A DNA stretch of 64,000 bases, taken from assembly GCA_963716725.1 (NCBI GenBank), contig CAVQUB010000020.1, positions 1-64,000 of the forward strand. Direction: 5' to 3'. The notes beneath the pieces were generated by a model. It was not told where the DNA came from, did no database searches, and saw only the letters and a list, made by a program, of their open reading frames with translations. Origin of the DNA: an uncultured delta proteobacterium (GTDB lineage: Bacteria > Myxococcota_A > Polyangia > Polyangiales > Polyangiaceae). Shown in pieces: positions 10,824-19,744 of this stretch (its first letter is position 1; every line of letters starts with the position of its first letter). The translations under genes and the position numbers were made by a program.

Positions 10824-13337
10824 ATGCTCTCGAACGCGACTAGAACCGGAGCCACTTGTGTCGTGTTGGCCGTGGCGTGGGCGCTGGCCGGTGGGTGCGG
10901 CAGCGACAGCGACGCGGGCAAAGCATCGTCGTCCAGTGCGGACGGCGCTATCGCCAAGGTGCTCAGCGAGGTCGTCCCGGACGACGGGGGCGACGCGCCC
11001 GTCGTCGTGAAGATCTCCACGCGCAGCTTGAAGGCGAGCGAACAGGTCGTTCCGGGTATTGGCGCGAGCAGCCACGTGGCCACCGGCAAGTACTGGTTCG
11101 CCCTCGTCGACTACTCGTTCTCCGCGCTGTGGGGAAAGTCCGTGCGCTACGCATTTCTCGACGAGGGGACCGGGCAAGTCAGCATCGAGGACCAAGGCTG
11201 GTGGCCCCAAATCAGTGGCCAGTCGCTGCCCGACGCCGGAGTTGGGCTCACCAGCATCTTCGCTCCCCGGCTGCCGACGGCGCTGTCCCCGGCCCAACCG
11301 GCCTCCGGTGGGGGCTCGAGCACCGGGGCACCGCCTCACGTGCTGCTCGCGGTCACGGCGGACCACGACACGAACACCGTCAGCGCACGGCTGATGGTGG
11401 ACGGTTCGCTGGGCGGTGGCTACCTCAACTTCGCAGCCGACTACGACGGCGATGGCAAGTTTGCCAGCAGCGGAGCCGGTGACGAGTGGGTGGTGCGCAA
11501 CGCCTCGACCGGCCGCTCTGGAGGCCGATGGACCTTCACCGAGCCATTCGCCCTGCCAGTGGGTCCAGACAACAAGTTTCCCGGCCAGTTCTGGACGCGC
11601 GTCCGTCTCTCCAGTACCGCATTGCCCGCAAACGCAAGCTGGGACGGCGCCTGCGACGGCGCCACCTGCAAGGACCAGCTGACGCTCATCGACGCGCTCG
11701 ACGCGCCGAGCCAGCCGGCGAACCAGCCGGCGCTCGGACCTCGGAGTCTGCCAAAGGTGCTGATCGACACCAGCAAGATCCCGGCAGCATCCTGTAAGGC
11801 GACGTGCAAGACGCAAGGTCTCACCTTTGACGTACCGTGCAAGGCGCTGGTCATCAACTTCGGCGACAGTCCAGGGCGTACAGAGACGGTGATTGGGACC
11901 GACGCCGACAACGCCGAGGGGCTCTTCAAGAAACGCTTTGGCGACGACAACGTGCAACGCGTCGATGGAGCCAACAAAACCGCCATCAAAGCTGCGATCA
12001 AGGCCTTCGTCTCCGCTGCCCAGTGCATGCAGCAGTCGCACATCTACTTCGCCGGACATGGCGCCTCCAAGGCAATGTTGAACGGCGAGCACGAGAGCGC
12101 GATCTGGCTGAAAAACAGCGACGACGGCATGGGCAACGTGATGACCGCCACGGAAATCCGCGACGCGGTCACCGCGGCCGGCCATTGCCCAGATCCGATG
12201 AACTACTACGCCAACAAGTGTGGAGGGGCGGGCTACTGCAATCTCAGTCTCTACATGATGAACTGTTACTCGGGCGGTTTCCTGCAGGGAGAGACCTCCC
12301 TCGAGATGCCTGGCCTGAACGTGCTCACTCTGACCAGCGCCGACATCAAGGGAACTGGAAGGCAAGGAATCGGCACCGCAGTGGGGCTCGCATTCGCGGA
12401 CGCTTTCCGTGACAACCAAGCGGACGCCGACAAGGATGGTGAGACGACGACCTCCGAGGCAATGACGTGGGCGAGAGAGCACTACGAGGGGCATGGGAAG
12501 GTCGATGATCGTCCGGCCGCCGGCATGCCGATGAAGGCGATGTACGACACCGATCCGCAGCAGACCAATGGCGCCGACTGCAACTGCGTTTGCGTGAAGC
12601 CCGGCGGGTGCTTCGACGAACCAGGCTCAGAGGCGGCAAAGGCCATCGAGTTGTTGCTGAGTATGAATGAACCGACCTGCCAGCACGACCTGATCAGCAA
12701 CATCACCCATTCGTCGGCGGCAGTGGCAGCGAAGTCGGTAGCGCACGACCACAGCACCATCACGCAGCACGCCAGCGCCAAACCGACGTGGGACGCTGTC
12801 CACGTGACCAAGCTCTACGGCAATACGGACTTTCCGTGTGGCTCCGGACCGAACGGCACCACGTTGTGCCCACAGCCGCTGCAGACGGTCCCGGCGGGCG
12901 ATTTCATCGTATTGTTCACGCTGGTCGAGAAGCCGATCCCCCTGGCGGATCCCACGAATCTCTATCAATACGCCTTCGTGTTCGATGCCGACGGTGTCGC
13001 TGCGAACAACTACCAGCCCTCGGCGGCGTACCCCAATGACTTCTTCAAGGGCAGCGATCGCTGGTACGAGGTCAGCTACAAGCCGGGCGCTGGCTGGTCA
13101 GCGAAGGTCTCCCGAATCGTGAACAACGTGCCGCAGACGGAGGTGTCGGCTGCCCGAATCACGATCAACGGCAACGTGATCGCGCTCGTCGTGCCGGCCA
13201 GCGAGTTCAGCGCGCCGAAGCCGAGCTTCCGCATCACCGCGTTCCGCCATACGGGGGACTACGGGCTGAATCCACCCTACAACTGGGACGGCAGCATTTG
13301 GCCCAACGTGGCGACGGGCCTGGCGGCGTTCCCCTGA
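10824..13337 (+). CDS. Large lipoprotein with GEVED-like domain and clan CD (caspase/legumain-like) peptidase domain
   Basis: RBS GAGGAGG before ATG 10824; lipobox LAGG-C; YFAGHG (His) and MMNCYSGGF (Cys) dyad; DYDGDGKF...FWTRVRLS GEVED-like segment; DADKDGETTTSE EF-hand-like loop. Confidence 0.7.
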   Translation: MLSNATRTGATCVVLAVAWALAGGCGSDSDAGKASSSSADGAIAKVLSEVVPDDGGDAPVVVKISTRSLKASEQVVPGIGASSHVATGKYWFALVDYSFSALWGKSVRYAFLDEGTGQVSIEDQGWWPQISGQSLPDAGVGLTSIFAPRLPTALSPAQPASGGGSSTGAPPHVLLAVTADHDTNTVSARLMVDGSLGGGYLNFAADYDGDGKFASSGAGDEWVVRNASTGRSGGRWTFTEPFALPVGPDNKFPGQFWTRVRLSSTALPANASWDGACDGATCKDQLTLIDALDAPSQPANQPALGPRSLPKVLIDTSKIPAASCKATCKTQGLTFDVPCKALVINFGDSPGRTETVIGTDADNAEGLFKKRFGDDNVQRVDGANKTAIKAAIKAFVSAAQCMQQSHIYFAGHGASKAMLNGEHESAIWLKNSDDGMGNVMTATEIRDAVTAAGHCPDPMNYYANKCGGAGYCNLSLYMMNCYSGGFLQGETSLEMPGLNVLTLTSADIKGTGRQGIGTAVGLAFADAFRDNQADADKDGETTTSEAMTWAREHYEGHGKVDDRPAAGMPMKAMYDTDPQQTNGADCNCVCVKPGGCFDEPGSEAAKAIELLLSMNEPTCQHDLISNITHSSAAVAAKSVAHDHSTITQHASAKPTWDAVHVTKLYGNTDFPCGSGPNGTTLCPQPLQTVPAGDFIVLFTLVEKPIPLADPTNLYQYAFVFDADGVAANNYQPSAAYPNDFFKGSDRWYEVSYKPGAGWSAKVSRIVNNVPQTEVSAARITINGNVIALVVPASEFSAPKPSFRITAFRHTGDYGLNPPYNWDGSIWPNVATGLAAFP

Positions 13338-13463
13338 GGCGGAGCCTACCGCCAGCAACAAAGACGAAGCCGGACGCGCGCTCAATCGGCGCGTCCGCAT
13401 CGCCTGCAAACAGCGCGACGGGGCGTCCGCTCGACCATGGCTGGGTCGCCCGCTACGAAGGCG

Positions 13464-14174
13464 CTACTTCAACTCGTCTTTCGCCCCGGTGGCGCCGAAC
13501 TTCGCGAGCTCCCAGGTGCGGGTGCCGTCGTTGCCCTTGACGACGCCGGTGATGGGGACGTCCGGATGGGACCAGAAGGTGGTCTTGTGCTTCGTGCCCT
13601 GCCACTTGGTGTCTCCGACCCATTTGTAGGCGCCCAGCAGCTTGCCCGCCGGTACATCGAGGTCTTCCCTCGGGCCCTTCTCGATGGCGCCGGGGTCCAT
13701 CTTGATCATGATGCCGTCGGTGGGCCGGTACTTCCCGGCCATGCGCAGCATGCTGCCGCCGATTTCCTGCACTCCGCGACCAGGAGCCTTGAAGCGCATC
13801 TTCTCGGGCTGTGCGTCGTTGATGTCCGCGGCCGTCTTGACCGCCATCAACATTTGCACGACGCCGCCTTGCCCCTTCATGTTGCTGGCCATCTGCAGCC
13901 AGAACGAGTCGCCCTCTTTGTCCGTGACCGCCCAGGCGTAGCGCTCGGCGCTGCCCCCGCCTTGCATTCGGTACTCGACGAACTGACCCACGGCGATGGG
14001 CATGAGGGCAAAACCCGCTGGTTTTGCCGACGGCTGGGCTGTTGCCGCCGCACCTGGCGCAAGGGCGGCGTCCGCGGCGGCGCTCGTTGCGTCCGGCTCT
14101 TGCTGCTTGTCACCGCCGAGCATCTTGCAACCCATGAGGACGATGGCCAACCCGGCGAGATGCGCGCGAGACAT
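13464..14174 (-). CDS. Hypothetical lipoprotein
   Basis: 236 aa, lipobox VLMG-C, beta-rich C-terminal domain (WSHPDVPITGVVK...WELAKFG). Confidence 0.7.
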   Translation of the reverse strand: MSRAHLAGLAIVLMGCKMLGGDKQQEPDATSAAADAALAPGAAATAQPSAKPAGFALMPIAVGQFVEYRMQGGGSAERYAWAVTDKEGDSFWLQMASNMKGQGGVVQMLMAVKTAADINDAQPEKMRFKAPGRGVQEIGGSMLRMAGKYRPTDGIMIKMDPGAIEKGPREDLDVPAGKLLGAYKWVGDTKWQGTKHKTTFWSHPDVPITGVVKGNDGTRTWELAKFGATGAKDELK

Positions 14175-14298
14175 GGGGTCACCGTCGCATCCGTGGCTGC
14201 TGATTGCAACCGCGCGGCGAGCTCAGCGCTGGACCGCCGGGAACCCACGCACGGCAAGTCCAATTGACTTCCGCGACACCCGCGTTCAAAGACTCCGC

Positions 14299-14949
14299 AT
14301 GAAGACCGGCATCACACTCTCGCTTTCTTTCGCAGCCCTCGCGCTGGCCACCGGCTGCCACCGTCACGCGCGGCTCGAGACCGTTCAGGCAACGGAGCCC
14401 GGCCTTCACTGGGTCGCGTCCCCCGGCGCCGTCTCGGTGGCGCAGCTCGGGAGCAACGCGCCAAGGGTCTGCACGCTGCGAACGCCGCAGGCGCTCGGCA
14501 AGGGCATGCCCGGCAAACCCGGACACCCCACCGGCAAGGCTCGCAAGGGCAAGCCCGGTGGCCACCCCGCACAGGGCAAGCCGGGCGCTCCCGGAGCCGG
14601 TGGCGGCGGCGCTGGCAGCGGACCCGCAATGCTCGACACGTTGATGTTCCGCCTGTGCGAGGCGCGCAGCAACGGTGACATCAGCGCCGAGCAGTATGCG
14701 GCGTCGATTCAAGAGCTGATCAAGACCATGGCCGAGATGGCCAAGCACCGTGCGACGCCCCCGCCCGGCCCGAGCCCCTTCGGTCCCGCCGGCACGCCCC
14801 CCGGCATGGGACGCCGCGGCGGCATGGGTCCCTTCGGTCGCGGGTGGCGAGAGCGTGACGCGGATCAGACCGACGACGCGGTCGACGACGCGCCTGAGAA
14901 GAAGACGGACGAGCCGAAGAAGGACCCCGGCAAGGGCAAAGGCAAGTAG
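14299..14949 (+). CDS. Hypothetical lipoprotein with low-complexity G/P/K regions
   Basis: MKTGITLSLSFAALALATG-C; internal LMFRLCEARSNGDIS segment. Confidence 0.65.
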   Translation: MKTGITLSLSFAALALATGCHRHARLETVQATEPGLHWVASPGAVSVAQLGSNAPRVCTLRTPQALGKGMPGKPGHPTGKARKGKPGGHPAQGKPGAPGAGGGGAGSGPAMLDTLMFRLCEARSNGDISAEQYAASIQELIKTMAEMAKHRATPPPGPSPFGPAGTPPGMGRRGGMGPFGRGWRERDADQTDDAVDDAPEKKTDEPKKDPGKGKGK

Positions 14950-15062
14950 CACCTGCCGCGCGCCGGCCGGCGCCCATCCGGTCCCCCTGACATCCCTGCC
15001 CTGCGCGTGCCACGCGCGTTCTTGGCACAGCCAGCGACGTGCGCCTTTCCGCTGGCGCGCGC

Positions 15063-15079
15063 CCGGCACACTTGTTGCG
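15063..15079 (+). promoter_or_regulatory. Putative sigma-54 (-24/-12) promoter
   Basis: CCGGCACACTTGTTGCG fits the GG-N10-GC spacing and the GGCAC-N5-TTGC consensus, just upstream of ATG 15092. Confidence 0.5.
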
Positions 15080-15091
15080 GAGTCCGCGAGC

Positions 15092-15805
15092 ATGAATCGC
15101 GTCGTTCCCCTCTTTCTTCTCGTCTCCTTGTCGACCGCCTGCGGTGGACAGTCATCCGCTGAGACCAACGCCACCGGCGGCGCCGACGCTGGGGGTGGAG
15201 CCGCTGGAAGCGGCGGCACGGGCGGCACCGGCACCGGAGGCGGAGGCACGGGCGGAGAGGCGGGCGGCAGCGGCGGCACGCCATACGCCAACGTCGTTGG
15301 TGAGTGCAAGACGGACGCGGACTGCACCCTCCAGAACAGCTGCTGCTACTGTGATGCGGTGCCCAATGGGGTCCCGGCGCCCTACTGCGAGCCGACTCCC
15401 TGCTTCGCGGATCAGTGCTCGGTGATGGGCGTGAAGGAGGCCCGCTGTATCGCCGGGCAGTGCACGGTCGCGCGCGACTGCGACGGGAGCAAGGTGACCT
15501 GCAACGCATTGCCCCCGGACTGCCCTGCCGGCCAAGTGCCCAGCGTCGAGAACAGCTGTTGGGGCGAGTGCATTCCTTCCACCTCGTGCAACTTCGTTCC
15601 GACCTGCATGCAGTGTGGGCCGGGCAAAGCCTGCGTGGTGACCGAAGACATGGGCGGCGCCCAGCACCACTGCGTGAACCCGACCGCAAGCTGCAGCCAG
15701 GGGTGCGGTTGCTTCGGAGACAAGGCCTGCATCTCGCCCTACACCTTCTGCGTGGACGGCGTGAAAGACGGTTCCGCCGTCCACTGCGAGTGCCCTACCT
15801 GCTAG
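15092..15805 (+). CDS. Cys-rich lipoprotein (myxobacterial type)
   Basis: Lipobox LSTA-C, Gly-rich linker, then a densely Cys-rich domain (CKTDADC...). Confidence 0.8.
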   Translation: MNRVVPLFLLVSLSTACGGQSSAETNATGGADAGGGAAGSGGTGGTGTGGGGTGGEAGGSGGTPYANVVGECKTDADCTLQNSCCYCDAVPNGVPAPYCEPTPCFADQCSVMGVKEARCIAGQCTVARDCDGSKVTCNALPPDCPAGQVPSVENSCWGECIPSTSCNFVPTCMQCGPGKACVVTEDMGGAQHHCVNPTASCSQGCGCFGDKACISPYTFCVDGVKDGSAVHCECPTC

Positions 15806-15873
15806 CCGCGGTCCCTCGGGCAAACGCGCCCTAGCGCTCACCCGACCCCAAAGGCTAGTCTCCGCGCGCTCCC

Positions 15874-17097
15874 TTGACCTTGACCGCGGCAGCTCTTTCC
15901 CTCGGCGTCGTCGCCGGCGTCCTCGTCGGCGCGGGCGCGGTGGAACGGGTCGTTCACCGGCGAAACCTGCGCAAGATCCCGGTCCGAATCCACGTGAACG
16001 GTACGCGGGGAAAGTCCAGCGTGACGCGCCTCGTCGCCGCCGCGCTGCGCGAGAGCGGCACGGTCACTTGCGCGAAGACCACCGGCACCCTCGCGCGCTT
16101 CATCTTGCCCGACGGCCGCGAGCTGCCGATCTTCCGACCCTCGGGTCCGAACGTGATCGAGCAGCGCCGGATCGTCTCAGTCGCCGCGGCTCATGAAGCG
16201 CAGGCGCTGGTCATCGAGTGCATGGCGCTGCAACCAGAGCTGCAGGCGCTCTCGGAGCTCGAGCTCGTCCGGGCGACGCATGGGGTCATCACCAACGCAC
16301 GCCCCGATCACCTCGACGTGATGGGACCTGGCGAGTCGGACGTCGCACGCGCGCTCGCGTCGATGATCCCGGTCCGCGGCAAGCTGTTCACCGCAGAGCA
16401 GAAGCAGCTCAGCATCTTCGAGCAGGCATGCAAAGATCGGGGGACCAGCCTGATCGCCATCACTCCCGGCGAGATCGAGGCCGTGCGCGACGACGAGCTC
16501 GCGAAATTCCGATACACCGAGCACCGTGAAAACGTCGCGCTGGCCCTCAAGGTCACCGACGACCTCGGCATTGAGCGCGGCGTGGCCCTCACCGGAATGC
16601 AGCAGTGCCGACCTGATCCCGGCGCCCTGAAGGAGTACAGCTTGGACTTCTTCGGTCGCAGCATCGTGTTCGTGAACGCTTTCGCGGCCAACGACCCGGT
16701 GTCGACGCAGCAGCTCTGGAACATGTCGCTCCAGAAGTATCCCGATGTTTCCACGAAGATCGTGCTGGTCAATTGCCGCGCCGATCGGCCCGACCGCTCC
16801 CTGCAACTCGGCCAGGATCTGCCCAACTGGCACGCGCCGGACTTCGTCGTCGCCATGGGCAGCGGCACCTACCTCTTCGCGCGGGCCGCCGAGAAGGCCG
16901 GTCTCGATCCCTCGAAGCTCGAGATCGTGGAGGATGCGACCGAGGATCAGATCTTCGAGCGGGTGGTCGGACTCATCGAAGATCGGGCGCTGATCTTCGG
17001 AATGGGGAACATCGGAGGGCAGGGTCTGCCGCTCACTCGGTACTTTGCCAACCGGGCGCACCCAAAACGCGCTACCCACACCAACGACAAGTCATGA
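15874..17097 (+). CDS. pgsB: Poly-gamma-glutamate synthase PgsB/CapB
   Basis: RIHVNGTRGKSSVTRL, AKTTGT, ECMALQP, ITNARPDHLDVMG, FVNAFAANDP, NCRADR. Confidence 0.95.
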   Translation: MTLTAAALSLGVVAGVLVGAGAVERVVHRRNLRKIPVRIHVNGTRGKSSVTRLVAAALRESGTVTCAKTTGTLARFILPDGRELPIFRPSGPNVIEQRRIVSVAAAHEAQALVIECMALQPELQALSELELVRATHGVITNARPDHLDVMGPGESDVARALASMIPVRGKLFTAEQKQLSIFEQACKDRGTSLIAITPGEIEAVRDDELAKFRYTEHRENVALALKVTDDLGIERGVALTGMQQCRPDPGALKEYSLDFFGRSIVFVNAFAANDPVSTQQLWNMSLQKYPDVSTKIVLVNCRADRPDRSLQLGQDLPNWHAPDFVVAMGSGTYLFARAAEKAGLDPSKLEIVEDATEDQIFERVVGLIEDRALIFGMGNIGGQGLPLTRYFANRAHPKRATHTNDKS

Positions 17098-17549
17098 TCG
17101 AGCTTCTGCCCATATCGATCGGCATCGGGCTGGCCATCAGCCTGCTCTTCACGGAGATGTTCGGAATCGCTGCCGGCGGCATGATCGTGCCCGGCTACTT
17201 TGCGCTGAACTTGACCAAACCGGTCGACGTCGCCGTGACGGTGGGTGCCGGACTTGCGACCTGGGCCATCGTGCACACCCTCTCGTCGTTCACCATCGTC
17301 TACGGGCGCCGACGCACGGTGCTCATGATCCTGATCGGATATCTGGTCGGAATGCTGGTGCGATGGAGCACGGGCGTCTACGGCGACGGCTCCGTCGAGC
17401 TCAACGTGATCGGCTTCATCATCCCCGGACTCATCGCGCTCTGGCTCGACCGCCAAGGCGTGGTGGAGACCATCGCGGCGCTCATCACGGCCTCGGTGGT
17501 GGTCCGCTTGATTCTGGTCTTGGTGGTCGGCACGGAGCTGCGCGGATGA
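17094..17549 (+). CDS. pgsC: Poly-gamma-glutamate biosynthesis protein PgsC/CapC
   Basis: GIAAGGMIVPGYFAL, IVYGRRR, IGFIIPGLIA; ATGA overlap with pgsB. Confidence 0.95.
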   Translation: MIELLPISIGIGLAISLLFTEMFGIAAGGMIVPGYFALNLTKPVDVAVTVGAGLATWAIVHTLSSFTIVYGRRRTVLMILIGYLVGMLVRWSTGVYGDGSVELNVIGFIIPGLIALWLDRQGVVETIAALITASVVVRLILVLVVGTELRG

Positions 17550-18696
17550 AGCGGATCTACTGGCGCCCCCAAGGCGTCCCTCGTCGCGCGATGGTGCTGA
17601 TCGCGATGGTCGCGCTCTCGGCGCTGGTCGCCGTCGAAAAATTCCAGGTCTCGACTCGCCAGCGCAACTACCCAGAGAAGCTCCACGCGGCACGACTGAC
17701 GCTCGAGGCGTTCAGCGCCGTCAAGTCCGAGAAGATCGCGCGCCGCATCCCCATCGACCCAGAGGCCGATCCCTACCAGACCGGCCTCATCGGTCGCTCC
17801 GTGACGCCCGTGACGTCGAACACGGGCTACCTCTCGGCAAAGCGCCTGAGCGTCAACCCGAACTTCGCGGCGCTGGTCGTCCACTGGCTCGCGCGCGCGG
17901 GTGTATCGAAGGGCGATGTGGTCGCGGTGGGCGCATCGGGCTCGTTCCCCGCTTTGTGCATCGCGACCTTCGCCGCAGTCCAAGCCCTGGAGCTGACGCC
18001 AATCGTGATCTCGAGCGCGTCAGCGTCCGAGTGGGGCGCAAACGACCCGAACTTCATGTGGCTCGACATCGAGAAGGCGCTCTTCGAAAAGCGCATCTTC
18101 GGGTTCCGCTCGGTCGCGGCTTCGCGAGGCGGCATCGAGGACCGTGGCTTCGGGATGTCCGAAGAAGGTCGTCAGCTCATCGACCAAGGGATCGCCCGCT
18201 CGGGAGTGGAGCGGATGGACGCGACCAACCTCGCCGACGGGATCGACCAGCGCATGGAGCTCTTCGACGCGAGGGCTGGCACCAAGCCCATCAAGGCCTA
18301 CCTGAACGTCGGCGGAGGAACGGCGTCGGTGGGGACCCACATCGGCAAGAAGCAGTTCAAGCCAGGCCTGAACATGGAGCTGCCACGGGGTGCCGACCTG
18401 GCTGACTCGGTGATGCTGCGCTTCGCTCGAGCGCGGAGTGCCGGTCGTGCACTTGACCAGCCTCGAAGCCCTGGCCAAGCAGCACGGCTTCCCGGTGGAG
18501 CCGCGCGGCATGCCTCGCGTTGGAGAAGGCAAGGTGTTCGTCCGCGAGGAGTACAACCGCTGGATCGCCGGCGTGGGGTCTGCTCGCGGTGTTCGGTGCA
18601 ATGCTGGCGTTCATCAGGTTGGACGTCGGGGCCCGCATCTTGCAAGGCGTTTGGCGCCGCAAGGATCGAGCTCGGCAGCCCCAGCAGATGGTCTAG
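17546..18696 (+). CDS. pgsW: Poly-gamma-glutamate system protein PgsW (frameshifts near 18430 and 18580)
   Basis: DPYQTGLIG, TSNTGYLSAKRLSVNPNFAA, VGASGSFP, SASEWGANDP, YLNVGGG; ATGA overlap with pgsC. Confidence 0.85.
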
Positions 18697-18775
18697 GGGA
18701 CGGGCGGAGCGCGAGGAAATGCCGGTGTCGCCGCGCTGGCGTCCCCTCAGCCCGGCGTGTTACGAGCGCCGGCTC

Positions 18776-19741
18776 ATGCTCGGATACCGCGACCTGGATC
18801 GACTGGGCGGCCTTCGCCGGCGCGGTGCTCGCGACGATGCTGCTCGACCGTTTGCTGATCGGAAAGGGACCTCGAACGCCGTCTCGTTCCGCGAGGCCAG
18901 CGTGCGCAGCGTCTTGGCCATCATCGCGGCGCTGCTCTTCGCCGGGTACGTCTACTGGCGCATTGTCCTTCGACAAGGCGGTGACCTACTCGTCGCCTAC
19001 TTGGTCGAGAAGTCGCTGTCGGTCGACAACCTGTTCGTGTTCCTGGTCATCTTCTCGTACTTCGGCGTACGGGAGCGACAACAGCAGCGCGTGCTGTTCT
19101 GGGGCATCGTCGGCGCGGTGGTGATGCGCGCCATCTTCATCCTGGCCGGCAGCGCACTGCTCCACCGCTTCCACTGGATGATGTACGTCTTCGGCGCCTT
19201 CCTCGTGATCACCGGCGTCAGGCTCGCGCTCAAGAAGGACGAAGAGACCATCGACCCCGAGTCCAACTTGGCGTTGCGCTTTGCGCGCAAGTACCTGAGG
19301 ACCACCGACCAGCGTGATGGCGACAAGTTCTTCATCGTCAAGGACGGGCTGCGCTACGCCACGCCTCTGTTCCTCGTGCTCGTGGTGGTCGAGTTTACCG
19401 ACGTACTCTTCGCGGTGGACTCGGTGCCGGCGGTGCTGGCGGTGTCGAACGACGTCTTCATCGTCTACACCTCGAATGTCTTCGCCATCCTCGGGCTCAG
19501 AGCGCTCTACTTCATGCTCGCCGGCATGATGAGCCGCTTCCACTACTTGGGCCTGGGCCTCGCCAGCATTTTGGTGTTCATTGGGGCGAAGATGCTGCTC
19601 GCCCAGATCGTCAAGATCCCGAATCTGATCAGCCTGGGGGTGATTGCCGGCTTGCTCACGGTGGCTGTGGTGGCTTCTATGCTGCGCCCCCACAAGCCAG
19701 AGCCGGAACCTGCGAAAGCCCTCTCGAACGGGGAGGATTGA
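18776..19741 (+). CDS. terC: TerC/Alx family membrane protein (N-terminal frameshifts)
   Basis: YLVEKSLSVDNLFVF, RVLFWGIVGAVVMRAIFI, VEFTDVLFAVDSVPAV, YTSNVFAILGLRALYF. Confidence 0.92.
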   Translation: MLGYRDLDRLGGLRRRGARDDAARPFADRKGTSNAVSFREASVRSVLAIIAALLFAGYVYWRIVLRQGGDLLVAYLVEKSLSVDNLFVFLVIFSYFGVRERQQQRVLFWGIVGAVVMRAIFILAGSALLHRFHWMMYVFGAFLVITGVRLALKKDEETIDPESNLALRFARKYLRTTDQRDGDKFFIVKDGLRYATPLFLVLVVVEFTDVLFAVDSVPAVLAVSNDVFIVYTSNVFAILGLRALYFMLAGMMSRFHYLGLGLASILVFIGAKMLLAQIVKIPNLISLGVIAGLLTVAVVASMLRPHKPEPEPAKALSNGED

Positions 19742-19744
19742 CGC

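Noticed and set aside
13372..13398. GC hairpin between convergent genes as a possible terminator or REP
   Set aside because: Short stem, no U-tract, and no second copy seen in the window.
17045..19741. 898-aa ORF suggesting a PgsW-TerC fusion
   Set aside because: Artefact of indels: the true PgsW C-terminus (ending 18696) and the TerC N-terminus lie in other frames.
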